A model generated the notes under the pieces. That model was not told where the DNA came from. It saw nothing but the letters and a program-made list of their open reading frames with translations, and made no database searches. Source: an uncultured Coriobacteriaceae bacterium (GTDB lineage Bacteria > Actinomycetota > Coriobacteriia > Coriobacteriales > Atopobiaceae). Taken from it: DNA of 24,000 bases. The number at the start of each line of letters is the position of its first letter. Position 1 is the stretch's first letter. The stretch lies in assembly GCA_902801175.1 (NCBI GenBank), contig CADCHF010000011.1, forward strand, positions 25,263 through 49,262, written 5' to 3'. A program made the translations under genes and the position numbers. This document shows positions 1 through 8,737 of the stretch, one piece after another.

Positions 1-1037
1 CGGTCCGACGGAATGGTGGCAACCTTCTTGAGGAAGGTGTTGCGCGGCGTGGTGTTGGCGATCTCCTCGCCGTTGACCTTGATCGAACCGCTCTCGGCCT
101 TGACGATGTTGGTGATGGCGTCCACCAGCTCCTGCTGGCCGTTGCCGTCGATACCTGCGATACCCACGATCTCGCCCGCATGGATGTCAAGATTGAGGCC
201 GCGCACCTGCTCGATGCCGCGGTCGTCCTTGACGGTGAGGTCGCGGATCGAGAGGACGACATCGCCCGGGTGGGCCGGCGTCTTCTCAACCGTGAGGTTG
301 ACGTTGCGGCCGACCATCTTGGAGGCCAGCTCGGTCTCGTTGGTCTGGTGCACGTCGACCGTGCCCATGTAGACGCCGCGACGGATGATGGAGCACTCGT
401 CGGCGGACTGCATGATCTCCCTGAGCTTGTGGGTGATGATGATGATCGTCTTGCCCTTGGCAATCAGGTCATGCATGATCTCGATGAGCTTCTCGATCTC
501 TTGCGGGGTAAGGACGGCCGTGGGCTCGTCCAGAATCAGCACCTCGGCACCGCGGTAGAGAGCCTTGAGAATCTCGACGCGCTGCTGCATGCCCACCGTA
601 ATGTCCTGGATCTTTGCGTCGGGGTCGACGTCAAAGCCGTACTCCTCGACGAGCTCCATGACCTGCTTGCGCGCGCGGGCCATGTCAAGAACGCCAGCCG
701 CGCCGCAGACCTCATCGCCAAGGATGATGTTCTCGGTCACGGTGAAGTTCTCGACCAGCATGAAGTGCTGGTGCACCATGCCGATGCCGTGCTTGATGGC
801 CTCGGTTGGGTTGGTAATGCTGACCTTCTCGCCACCCATGAAAATATCGCCCTCATCGGCCTGGTAGAGGCCATAGAGGATGTTCATGAGCGTGGTTTTG
901 CCGGCGCCGTTCTCGCCCAAGATTGCATGGACCGTCTGCTTCTTGACGTCAAGATCCACGCGGTCGAGGGCCGTGAACGCACCGAAGGTCTTTAGAATGC
1001 CGTGCATCTGCACCGCATACTCCGGACTCGCTTCCAC
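1..1037 (-). CDS. ABC transporter ATP-binding protein (BMP/nucleoside-type), N-terminal part; the gene continues past the window start
   Basis: Absent from the ORF track because it has no stop in the window. Reverse-strand translation starts at GTG 1037, with GGGAGG at 1044-1049 six nt upstream. It reads VEASPEYAVQMHGILKTFGAFTALDRVDLDVKKQTVHAILGENGAGKTTLMNILYGLYQADEG... The Walker A is GENGAGKTT, the signature-like motif is TVGMQQRVEILKAL, and the Walker B is VLILDEPTAVL. The listed + ORF 180..995 is its antisense shadow. It lies directly downstream of a BMP-family binding lipoprotein gene. Confidence 0.9.
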   Translation of the reverse strand, partial: MEASPEYAVQMHGILKTFGAFTALDRVDLDVKKQTVHAILGENGAGKTTLMNILYGLYQADEGDIFMGGEKVSITNPTEAIKHGIGMVHQHFMLVENFTVTENIILGDEVCGAAGVLDMARARKQVMELVEEYGFDVDPDAKIQDITVGMQQRVEILKALYRGAEVLILDEPTAVLTPQEIEKLIEIMHDLIAKGKTIIIITHKLREIMQSADECSIIRRGVYMGTVDVHQTNETELASKMVGRNVNLTVEKTPAHPGDVVLSIRDLTVKDDRGIEQVRGLNLDIHAGEIVGIAGIDGNGQQELVDAITNIVKAESGSIKVNGEEIANTTPRNTFLKKVATIPSD

Positions 1038-1176
1038 GTGCCACCTCCCTAGATTGACTCCGCATACATGATAGTTGACCGCACACTGTGGAGGATACGT
1101 GAACCCGATACTTTTTAGGCCAGAAATGGCACAGCGCTCATCCATATGCGGGTGGCATAGGCACGCCGCGCGGAGG

Positions 1177-1211
1177 GTGACACACAAACTCCCACGGAGA
1201 GAATGTGTCAC
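1177..1211. repeat. Perfect 8-bp inverted repeat GTGACACA-N19-TGTGTCAC in the intergenic region between the binding-protein gene and the ATPase gene
   Basis: Read directly: GTGACACA at 1177-1184 and TGTGTCAC at 1204-1211. The same 8-mer recurs at 8995, 11537 and 11654. Function is unknown; a possible operator or RNA structure. Confidence 0.5.
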
Positions 1212-1218
1212 GCGCGCG

Positions 1219-1248
1219 AAAAAAGGAGCGCACCCTGCGGTGCGCTCC
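1219..1248 (-). terminator. Rho-independent terminator or attenuator downstream of the BMP lipoprotein gene
   Basis: A 10-bp perfect GC-rich stem (GGAGCGCACC 1225-1234 and GGTGCGCTCC 1239-1248) with a 4-nt loop. On the minus strand it is followed by TTTTTT (the A-run at 1219-1224). It lies 26 nt after the stop at 1274. Confidence 0.7.
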
Positions 1249-1273
1249 TCTGCAATGCGTATGTGCGTGAGGC

Positions 1274-2338
1274 TTAGAGACCAGCCACGAACTCGTCGAG
1301 GGTAGCCTTGGTGTCGGGAACGACGATGTCGCCGCTCTTGATCTTCTCGATGAGGGCGAGGGTCTCGTCGTAGAGGTCGGCGTTGATGGTGTCGAGCACG
1401 TCGTGGGTCGGGGCGATGCCGATGGCGTCCTCAGCAGCACCGAGGATGATGTTGTCGCCGCCAGTGATGGAGCCGTCGATGATGCCGTTGGAGACGTTGA
1501 CGACAGCCTCGTCGACCTTCTTGAGGGCGGAAGTGATGATGGTCTTGTAGTCGGGGAACAGGACAGCCTGGTCCTGGTCGACGCCGATGCTCCAGACCTT
1601 GGCGTCATTGCAGGCCTCGAGCATGCCCACGCCAGTGCCGCCAGCGGCATGGTACAGGACGTCGCAGCCGTTCTTGATCATCTTCTGGGCGATGGACTTG
1701 CCCTTGGCAGCGTCGCCGAAGGACTCGGCGTACTGGCCCTCGTACTCAACCTTGGTGCCCTGCTCGGCGTTGGCATACTCGATGCCAGCGTAGAAGCCGT
1801 ACTCGAACTGCTGGATGGTCTCGGAGCTCATACCACCCACAAAGCCGACCTTGCCGGACTTGCTGACGCGAGCTGCAATGTAACCAACGGCAAACGAGGG
1901 CTCCTGGGCCTTGAACAGAACGCCGGTCAGGTTCTCGGCGCCGTTGTCGTTGGTGCCGTCGATGAGGGCGAACTGGACGTCGTCGTTCTGCTCGGCGGCG
2001 TTGTTGACAGCCTCAGCCATGGCGAAGCCGATGCCCCAGATGAGGTCGGCGCCGTCGTCATAGGCCTTGTCGAGGTTGGTGGCGTAGTCGGCGTCCTGCT
2101 TGGACTCGATGTAGGAGACCTCCCAGCCGTTGTCGGCCTCGAGCTGCTGCATGCCGGCCCAGGCGAGCTGGTTGAAGGACTGGTCGTTGACGCCACCGGT
2201 ATCGGTGACCATCTCGATCTTGACGGAGTCGTCGCCAGCATCCTCACTCGCGCCGCCGCCGCAACCGGCCAGGGCTGCAAGAGCGCCAACACCCATAGTG
2301 GTAGCAAAGGTACGACGGGTCATCTTGGCATCGAACAT
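1274..2338 (-). CDS. BMP family (Med/PnrA/TmpC-like) ABC transporter substrate-binding lipoprotein, probably purine-nucleoside binding
   Basis: ORF 1274..2380, with the start trimmed to ATG 2338 (GGGAGAG RBS 5 nt upstream). The N-terminus MFDAKMTRRTFATTMGVGALAALAGCGGG has a signal peptide plus an LAGC lipobox. The body (VTDTGGVNDQSFNQ, VGFVGGM, WSIGVDQDQ) is typical of the BMP/PnrA family. Confidence 0.9.
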   Translation of the reverse strand: MFDAKMTRRTFATTMGVGALAALAGCGGGASEDAGDDSVKIEMVTDTGGVNDQSFNQLAWAGMQQLEADNGWEVSYIESKQDADYATNLDKAYDDGADLIWGIGFAMAEAVNNAAEQNDDVQFALIDGTNDNGAENLTGVLFKAQEPSFAVGYIAARVSKSGKVGFVGGMSSETIQQFEYGFYAGIEYANAEQGTKVEYEGQYAESFGDAAKGKSIAQKMIKNGCDVLYHAAGGTGVGMLEACNDAKVWSIGVDQDQAVLFPDYKTIITSALKKVDEAVVNVSNGIIDGSITGGDNIILGAAEDAIGIAPTHDVLDTINADLYDETLALIEKIKSGDIVVPDTKATLDEFVAGL

Positions 2339-2448
2339 ACGCACTCTCCCTTTTCCTGCGCGCCTGCGGCCCCATGCCACAGGACTGCTATACCTACGGG
2401 GTGTCCCCCGAAGTTACCTAAGTTCACATACGTGTAACACTATAGCGT

Positions 2449-3162
2449 TTACTCGGCGTTCTGTGCAGCCACGTCAAGTGCTATTTCCATCATCTCAGTG
2501 AAACTATTTTGACGGTCTTCAGCCGAGAGGCTTCCCTCGCGCAGCACGAGGTCCGAAACGGTCATGATGCCAAGCGCGCGCTTGCCAGCGGCAATGGCGT
2601 TGAGGTAAAGCGCGGCCGCCTCCATCTCTACGCCAAGCACGCCCATGGCCGCCCACGCCTCGCTGCCCGCGCGGTCGCTGTAGAAGACGTCGGACGAGAG
2701 AAGGTTGCCCACGTGGTAGCGAGCGCCGCGTGCCTCGGCCGCCTCAACGGCCTGGCGAAGCATGGTGTAGTCGGCAATGGGGGCAATGGTGCCCGGCAGC
2801 TTGTACTGCGCCGCAAAGTTGGAATCGGTGCAGGCGCCCTGGCCAATGACGATGTCGCGGAGCTCCACCTGCGGCGCCAGACCGCCCGCGCTGCCGATGC
2901 GGATGATGGCGTCAACGTCATAGAAGTGATAGAGCTCGTAGGAGTAGATGGCAATGGAGGGAATGCCCATGCCGCTACCCATGACCGACACGCGCTTGCC
3001 CTGGTAGGTGCCCGTGTAACCAAACATGTTGCGTACCTGGTTGAAGCAGGTGACGTCGCTCAGATAGTGCTCGGCAACGTACTTGGCGCGCAGGGGGTCG
3101 CCGGGCATGAGCACGACCTTGGCAATATCGCCGGGTTTTGCGGAGTTGTGCGGGGTTGACAT
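2449..3162 (-). CDS. deoD: Purine nucleoside phosphorylase, DeoD type (hexameric)
   Basis: ORF 2449..3435, trimmed to ATG 3162 with an AAGGAGA RBS. The protein [31 protein letters not shown]...[10 protein letters not shown]...TVSD aligns along its length with E. coli DeoD as I recall it ([31 protein letters not shown]...). It is 237 aa. Confidence 0.95.
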   Translation of the reverse strand: [237 protein letters not shown]

Positions 3163-3241
3163 GGTGGGTCTCCTTTCCGGTGTTTTGGTAGTTGCGTTGT
3201 GGGAACGGACGCGGCAGTGTGGCGAGCCAGCGCCCGGAGCT

Positions 3242-4426
3242 CTATGCAAGCAGTTGCTCGAGCCTGCTCTCGCCCGTTGTGAGCGGGGTGGCGCCCAGAT
3301 AGTCGAGCACCGTGGCAGACAGGTCGGCAAAGGTCGGGAGCGTGCCCAGGTCTGCGCCTGCCTTGACGCGAGGTCCTGCCACGAGCCACGGCACGTACTC
3401 GCGGCTGTGGTCGGTGGAGGGCGTGACAGGGTCACAGCCGTGGTCGGCCGTGATCATGAGCAGGTCGTCCTCGCGCAGCTTGGCCAGCATCTCGGGCAGC
3501 TTGGAATCAAAGTAGCTGATGGCGCGCGCGTAGCCGTCCACGTCGTTGCGGTGGCCATAGATCATGTCGGTGTCGACCAGGTTGGTGTAGCAAAGGCCAT
3601 TAAAGTCGCGGTCCATCCAGGCAATGGTCTTGTCAATGCCATCGGGGTTGTCCTTGGTGAGGATGTGGTCGGTGGTGCCGCGACCCGCAAACAGGTCAAA
3701 GATCTTGCCAACGGCCAGCACGTCAAAGCCCTCCTCCTTGAGGCGGTCGAGCATCGTGGTGCCCGTAGGCTCAAGCGAGAAGTCGTGGCGGCGCTTTGTG
3801 CGCTGGTAGGGCCACTCCCCCTCAAACGGACGTGCGATTACGCGGCCCACGGCATGCTCGCCGGTGAGCTGCTCGCGAGCAATGCGGCAGTACTCGTAGA
3901 GCTGCTCGGGCGGGACCACACTCTCGTGCGCGGCAATCTGAAAGACGCTGTCGGCGGAGGTGTACACAATGAGCGAGCCCGTCTCCACCTGCTCACGACC
4001 ATAGTCACGAATGACGTCGGTGCCCGAGTACGGGAGGTTGCAAATGACCTTGCGGCCAGTAGCCTGCTCAAAGGGCTCGAGCACCTCTGGTGGGAATCCC
4101 TGCGGATACGTGGGGAACGGCCGTGGGCTAATGACGCCGGCCATCTCCCAGTGACCGACCGTGCTGTCCTTGCCCTGGCTTGCCTCCTGCAGGCGCGCGA
4201 AGGCGCCCTTGGGGTCGCTCACCGGTACCAGACTGTGCGTGTAGACCGACTCGAGTGCTCCCTCGATGTTGCAAAGGCCCAGGCCGCTCAGGTTGGGGAT
4301 GTTAAACAAGGGGCTGGTGGCACATGCGCACAGCGTGTTTGAGCCCTCGTCGCCCCAGGCTGCAGCATCTGGCTCCTCGCCAATGCCAAAGCTATCGAGC
4401 ACGATCACAAAGACTCGCTTGCTCAT
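3242..4426 (-). CDS. deoB: Phosphopentomutase
   Basis: A 394-aa ORF: MSKRVFVIVLDSFGIG...SGKDSTVGHWE...YTSADSVFQIAAHE...GRVIARPF...ITADHGCDP...DHSREYVP. These are canonical DeoB metal-binding and active-site blocks. It lies downstream of deoD on the same strand. Confidence 0.95.
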   Translation of the reverse strand: MSKRVFVIVLDSFGIGEEPDAAAWGDEGSNTLCACATSPLFNIPNLSGLGLCNIEGALESVYTHSLVPVSDPKGAFARLQEASQGKDSTVGHWEMAGVISPRPFPTYPQGFPPEVLEPFEQATGRKVICNLPYSGTDVIRDYGREQVETGSLIVYTSADSVFQIAAHESVVPPEQLYEYCRIAREQLTGEHAVGRVIARPFEGEWPYQRTKRRHDFSLEPTGTTMLDRLKEEGFDVLAVGKIFDLFAGRGTTDHILTKDNPDGIDKTIAWMDRDFNGLCYTNLVDTDMIYGHRNDVDGYARAISYFDSKLPEMLAKLREDDLLMITADHGCDPVTPSTDHSREYVPWLVAGPRVKAGADLGTLPTFADLSATVLDYLGATPLTTGESRLEQLLA

Positions 4427-4543
4427 GAAGACCCACCTCTCAGTAATACGTCATTTCAACAGCCAATAGTTGCAAACATGATACCGCCGCCGACCGTTTG
4501 GGTGCGGCGTGGCGTACCATGACTGGCAGAAGGAGGCACGACT

Positions 4544-5476
4544 ATGGAACACACTGCGCAAGGCGCGCCTTACGTCGTAGTTATTGGCGGGGCAAACATG
4601 GACATCTGCGGAAGGCCCGAGGGGTCGCTCGTTGCGGGCGACTCCAACCTGGGGACGGTGCGCCTCTCCCCCGGCGGCGTGGGCAGAAACATTGCCCACA
4701 ACCTGGCGCTTTTGGGCGTGGACTGTCGCCTGGTCACGGCCTTTGGCGAGGACGCGCAGGCAGACGCGCTGGTGGAGAGCTGCACTCAGGCGGGAATCGA
4801 CGTGACGCTCTCGTTTGCGGTGGCCGGTGCCGCCACCTCGACCTACCTCTATGTGACCGATGCTGCCGGCGAGATGCAGGTGGCCATAAACGACATGGCC
4901 ATTTTGGAGGAGCTGACCCCGGAGCGGCTAGGCACGCACCTTGACGCAATCAACGCAGCACGCATTGTGGTTGTGGACACCAACCTGCCAGCCGCCACAC
5001 TGGGCTGGATCTGCGAGCATGTGAGCGCACCGATCTGGTGCGACCCCATCTCCACCGTCAAGGCGCATCGCGTCGAGGGGCTTCTTGGGTCGCTTTCCGC
5101 GCTCAAGCCCAACCGGCTTGAGGCGGAGGAGCTCATGGGAGTGCACATCTGTGACGAGCCCAGCCTGCAAGAGGCGGTGCGCAAGCTGCTTGGCAAGGGG
5201 CTTGAGCGGGTCTTTCTCTCACTTGGCGCAGACGGCCTGCTTTGCGCGCAGGGAGACGAGCTGCACCTTTTGCCTAACGCCCCTTGCAAGCTGGTGAACA
5301 CCACCGGTGCCGGTGACGCCATGATGGCCGGGCTGGTGTGGGCCGAGCTGCAGGGGCTGGGGCTCGCCGAGGCCGGCCAAGCTGGCCTTGCCGCCGCATC
5401 CCTCGCCGTTGAGAGCTCCGTCACCGTGAACCCACTCATGAGCGAGGCCGCCCTGCGCGAACGGCTTGGCCGCTAG
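4544..5476 (+). CDS. psuK: PfkB-family carbohydrate kinase, probable pseudouridine kinase
   Basis: A 310-aa ORF with an AAGGAGG RBS at 4530-4536. It has the N-terminal VVVIGGANMDI and GGVGRNIA motifs and the PfkB signature NTTGAGDAMMAG. It lies immediately upstream of psuG, as in the E. coli yeiC-yeiN pair. Substrate assignment rests on that context. Confidence 0.75.
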   Translation: MEHTAQGAPYVVVIGGANMDICGRPEGSLVAGDSNLGTVRLSPGGVGRNIAHNLALLGVDCRLVTAFGEDAQADALVESCTQAGIDVTLSFAVAGAATSTYLYVTDAAGEMQVAINDMAILEELTPERLGTHLDAINAARIVVVDTNLPAATLGWICEHVSAPIWCDPISTVKAHRVEGLLGSLSALKPNRLEAEELMGVHICDEPSLQEAVRKLLGKGLERVFLSLGADGLLCAQGDELHLLPNAPCKLVNTTGAGDAMMAGLVWAELQGLGLAEAGQAGLAAASLAVESSVTVNPLMSEAALRERLGR

Positions 5477-5551
5477 CCACACACTGCCATTCACAGCAAT
5501 CGCACGAGCTTGGGCTACCATCTTGCGCGATGTCAATTGGAAGGACCACCT

Positions 5552-6487
5552 ATGAAGCATTCAAAGCTTAACCAGTTCCTCGACCTCACGCCCGAGGTCG
5601 CCGAGGCTCTCGCCAACAACAAGCCCGTTGTGGCGCTGGAGTCCACGATCATCTCCCACGGCATGCCCTACCCGCAAAACGTCGAGACCGCCCTGCGCGT
5701 GGAGGCCATCGTGCGCGAGCATGGCGCCGTGCCCGCAACGGTCGCCGTCATTGGCGGTCGCCTGCGCGCCGGCCTTACCCCCGACGAGATCGACTACCTG
5801 GGGCGCAAGGGCCGCGAGGTCATCAAGGTGAGCCGCCGCGACCTGCCCGTGGTCGTGGCGCGCGGGCTTGACGGTGCCACAACGGTTGCCTCCACCATGA
5901 TTGTGGCGGCACTGGCAGGCATCGACGTGTTTGCCACCGGCGGCATTGGCGGCGTGCACCGCGGCGCCGAGACCACAATGGACATCTCGGCCGACCTCGA
6001 GGAGCTTGCCATGACCCCGGTCATGGTCGTGTGCGCTGGTGCCAAGTCGATCCTCGACCTGGGGCTCACGCTTGAGTACCTTGAGACCAAGGGCGTGCCG
6101 GTGCTGGGCTATGGCACCGAGGAGCTGCCCGCCTTCTACACGCGCCACTCTGGCTTTGGCGTTGACTACCGCGTGGACACCCCGGCCGAGCTGGCCTCCA
6201 TCCTGCACACGCAGCGCAAGCTCGACTTCCCCGGCGGCATCCTTGTGGGCAACCCCATCCCTGAGGAGTACTCGATGGACAAGGCGACCATCGACGCCGC
6301 CATTGACCAGGCTCTGGCCGAGTGCGATGAGCAGGGCATTCACGGCAAGGAGACCACGCCCTTCCTGCTGGCGCGCATTGCCGAGATCACGGGCAACGAC
6401 TCGCTCGACTCCAACATCCAGCTGGTCTTTAACAACGTGGCCCTTGGTGCCGAGATTGCCAAGGAGCTCTGTGCGCTGAGGGCGTAA
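5552..6487 (+). CDS. psuG: Pseudouridine-5'-phosphate glycosidase
   Basis: ORF 5510..6487, trimmed to ATG 5552 (GGAAGGA RBS). The protein MKHSKLNQFLDLTPEVAEALANNKPVVALESTIISHGMPYPQN...FATGGIGGVHRG...DISADLEEL...VVCAGAKSILD is the characteristic YeiN/IndA family sequence. Confidence 0.9.
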   Translation: MKHSKLNQFLDLTPEVAEALANNKPVVALESTIISHGMPYPQNVETALRVEAIVREHGAVPATVAVIGGRLRAGLTPDEIDYLGRKGREVIKVSRRDLPVVVARGLDGATTVASTMIVAALAGIDVFATGGIGGVHRGAETTMDISADLEELAMTPVMVVCAGAKSILDLGLTLEYLETKGVPVLGYGTEELPAFYTRHSGFGVDYRVDTPAELASILHTQRKLDFPGGILVGNPIPEEYSMDKATIDAAIDQALAECDEQGIHGKETTPFLLARIAEITGNDSLDSNIQLVFNNVALGAEIAKELCALRA

Positions 6488-6509
6488 CGGAGGAGCTATG
6501 TGGTAAAGG

Positions 6510-6554
6510 ACACGCCCCGGCCGGCAGGGATTTGCTGGCTGGGGCGTGTTTTAT
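6510..6554. terminator. Stem-loop terminator between convergent psuG and the membrane-protein gene
   Basis: Arms are ACACGCCCCGGCC (6510-6522) and GGCTGGGGCGTGT (6537-6549), pairing at 12 of 13 positions around a 14-nt loop. TTTAT follows on the + strand. It lies 23 nt after the psuG stop and 26 nt from the stop of the convergent gene. Confidence 0.65.
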
Positions 6555-6574
6555 GAAGTGACCCTGAGCTGCGC

Positions 6575-7852
6575 CTATGCCTGGGGCAAGGGGTCGTTTT
6601 TCCCGCAGGCATCCAAAAGCTCGGACAGCAGCCGCATGGCCTCTGCCACATCTCGCGGAACCACGTGATACAGCAGCTCGAGGAACACAAAGAACGACCC
6701 GAGGCCCACAAAGATGCCGTCGAACAGGGCCGAGTCAACGGTTGCGAGCAAGCGCTCGGTACGCGGGAACAACCACCAGGCCGCCGTTGTGGAAAGCACG
6801 CCGTACACGAGGGAGTTCTACAGGCAGATCTGCCCCTTGTAGTTGAAGGGCATGTCGCGGTAGTCCCACAGCTCGTAGTTGCGGTTGGCCACCATGCCCG
6901 TGCCAAAGTCTATGGCCGTACAGACCGCCTGGTTTATAAGGAAGGTGGCCGCGATGGCGAGCGCGGTCACAGCACGTGCAGGCAGCACGCGGGCAAAGGC
7001 CTGAGCCTGTACCCAAGCGTGGATGGCATTCTTGGCAGGATAGAGAAGCGTGGCCATGAGCACGGCCACAATGCCCTCGGCAGGAAACGGAAAGAGCCAT
7101 TGGTCCCACAGCATGTGGTTCTCGCGGTCGTATCCGCCGCGGATGAGGCCGTACTTGATGCCCATGCAAAACAGCATCTCTCCCCAGTGGCCCAGCAGCG
7201 CAAACACCATGTAGTACAGGCCAAGGCTACGAAGCAGCGGCCAGCGTGAGCGAAGTGCCTGGGGTATTGCTGCGGCAAGCCTTGCGCCAAGCGCTGGCCC
7301 CACGGCGACAGTGCTCGCCACCGACAGGGGCAGTGCCACCGCATGCAGGCCGGGCATTCGTACGTTAAAGATGCGGTCTCGCCAAGAGCCCGTGCGCCAG
7401 GTGCGGGTCACATACGTGCCAAAGTGAACCACCTGCGCCGCTCCGAGCCCAGATGCCACAGCTGCCGTGGCGACCGAGATGGGCAGCGCCGCCCACGACC
7501 GCCTAAAGGCGAGCCAGGTTGCAAGCGCCGTTCCAGCCACGCTGGTGCCAGCACGCCAAAAGCTGAGGTCATAGGGCAGTTGGTCTGGGTCCGAAGCCGC
7601 GGCGTAGGCATACCATCCGCCCACGATTGAGACCGCGTGCGCACCAGGCACGAGCGTGGCGAGAAGCGGCGTAACCGCGGCGCTGCGCAAGCGTGTGCGA
7701 GCGCGCTCAACGCTAGGGCTGTCGTTGCCAGCACTCGGCACAGGCTCAGGACGAAGGATGTCCCTTAGCTTGGGCATGGCAAGCCGCACCGCATGACATG
7801 CGATCTTGCACGTGGCTACTGGGCCATACGTAAGCAGCGCGTTTGTAGGCAT
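6575..7852 (-). pseudogene. Polytopic membrane protein with a C-terminal 'putative ABC-transporter type IV' (PF06541/CmpB-like) domain, interrupted by an in-frame TAG at 6818-6820
   Basis: ORF 6818..7852 ends ...NRNYELWDYRDMPFNYKGQICL*. The same frame continues directly as NSLVYGVLSTTAAWWLFP... (track ORF 6575..6808, whose M is really an in-frame GTG Val codon). I verified the codon phase base by base. The stop falls in the middle of the conserved WDY...PFN..G.ICL.NSL..G block of this family. Confidence 0.7.
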
Positions 7853-7963
7853 CGGCTCTCCTTGGCACAGGCGAACGGACAGATTTCGAGGTCATCTGCT
7901 TGTATCGCCGGGCCGCCCAGCTCGTCCCACCTGCCACAAACCTCCACAGGACACACGACGCCT

Positions 7964-8734
7964 CTAAGCGCGCTCTCCAACCTTGGCGTCGGGCAAGCGC
8001 AGCAGATAGACAGCATAGCCAACGCATAGGCACAGGCTAATGGCAAGGCTCGCCAAGATCGCCATGCCCCGCGAGCCAAAGAGGGCAATCTGCGCAGCCT
8101 CGTTCTCAAACGCGCTGAAAGCGTTGTTGGCCGCATGGAAGATGACGCACGGCCAAATGCTGCCGCTCTTGAGCAGCGTCATAACTAGCACAAAGCCCAC
8201 CGCTATGGCAGAGACGATCTGCACCAACGTTGTAAAGAGGTCCTGTCCCGTTGCATTGAAGAGGTTCACGATGTGGCCAAGGCCAAAGGTGACCGACGAG
8301 ACCACCACCGCGCTCGTGCGCCCGTTCTCCTCCATCCCACGAAAGAGGAGTCCACGAACCACCAGCTCTTCGATATAGCCCACAAAGCACATGGCCAGCA
8401 CGTAGCAGAGGCATTCCAGGGCCGAGCCCTGCGCAGCGATGCCAAAGAAGAGCTTTTTGGTTGCAACGATTGCAAGCGGAACGTACCAAAGCATGCGCCT
8501 GGCAGAGACATTCGGCGCGCAGAGCCCAAAACGCTCCCCCAGCCCCGCATGGCGCACCCACGTCCAAAGGAGGACGGTCATGGCAAACAGCACAGGTGCC
8601 GTAACCAGCTTGGGCGTACCAAGGTCGAGCGAGGCGGCATCGGCCTCTGACGCCAGAACCACGTACGCCACGATCCAACCGACCGCATACCATACGTGGT
8701 CCTTCTCGTAGAGCCTGTCGAGCAGCTTGAGCAT
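7964..8734 (-). CDS. CPBP family intramembrane glutamic endopeptidase (CAAX protease/Abi family)
   Basis: A 256-aa multi-TM ORF with the three family motifs: YIEELVVRGLLF (EExxxR), FGLGHIVN (FxxxH) and CVIFHAANNAF (HxxxN/D). The RBS is GGGAAGG. Confidence 0.85.
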   Translation of the reverse strand: MLKLLDRLYEKDHVWYAVGWIVAYVVLASEADAASLDLGTPKLVTAPVLFAMTVLLWTWVRHAGLGERFGLCAPNVSARRMLWYVPLAIVATKKLFFGIAAQGSALECLCYVLAMCFVGYIEELVVRGLLFRGMEENGRTSAVVVSSVTFGLGHIVNLFNATGQDLFTTLVQIVSAIAVGFVLVMTLLKSGSIWPCVIFHAANNAFSAFENEAAQIALFGSRGMAILASLAISLCLCVGYAVYLLRLPDAKVGERA

Positions 8735-8737
8735 GTC

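Noticed and set aside
180-995. Long + strand ORF (271 aa), along with similar long ORFs at 1403..2437 +, 3083..4342 +, 5561..6343 -, 8907..10475 -, 16387..17604 -, 18992..19888 -, 20689..21966 - and 22191..23717 -
   Set aside because: Each lies antisense to a gene with clear family motifs. Their translations are low-complexity and rich in Ala/Gly/Val/Arg/His, they lack RBSs, and they are the usual stop-poor shadow frames of high-GC DNA.
2381-2448. Near-palindrome GTTCACATACGTGTAAC upstream of the BMP lipoprotein gene as a DeoR/CytR-type operator
   Set aside because: The two halves do not pair cleanly: they need a 1-nt bulge, with only about 6 matching positions. I could not match it to a known operator consensus, so it is too weak to report as a feature.
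6818-6820. In-frame TAG read as pyrrolysine or programmed read-through
   Set aside because: No pyl genes or methylamine methyltransferase context are in the window. The codon sits in a hydrophobic conserved membrane motif where a simple one-base nonsense mutation or a sequencing error is the more economical explanation. It is kept as a finding, but only as a pseudogene or error.
7964-8734. CPBP protease as a bacteriocin immunity gene tied to the 47-aa peptide ORF
   Set aside because: The two are about 7.3 kb apart with unrelated genes between them. There is no bacteriocin transporter or double-glycine leader. The association would be pure speculation.
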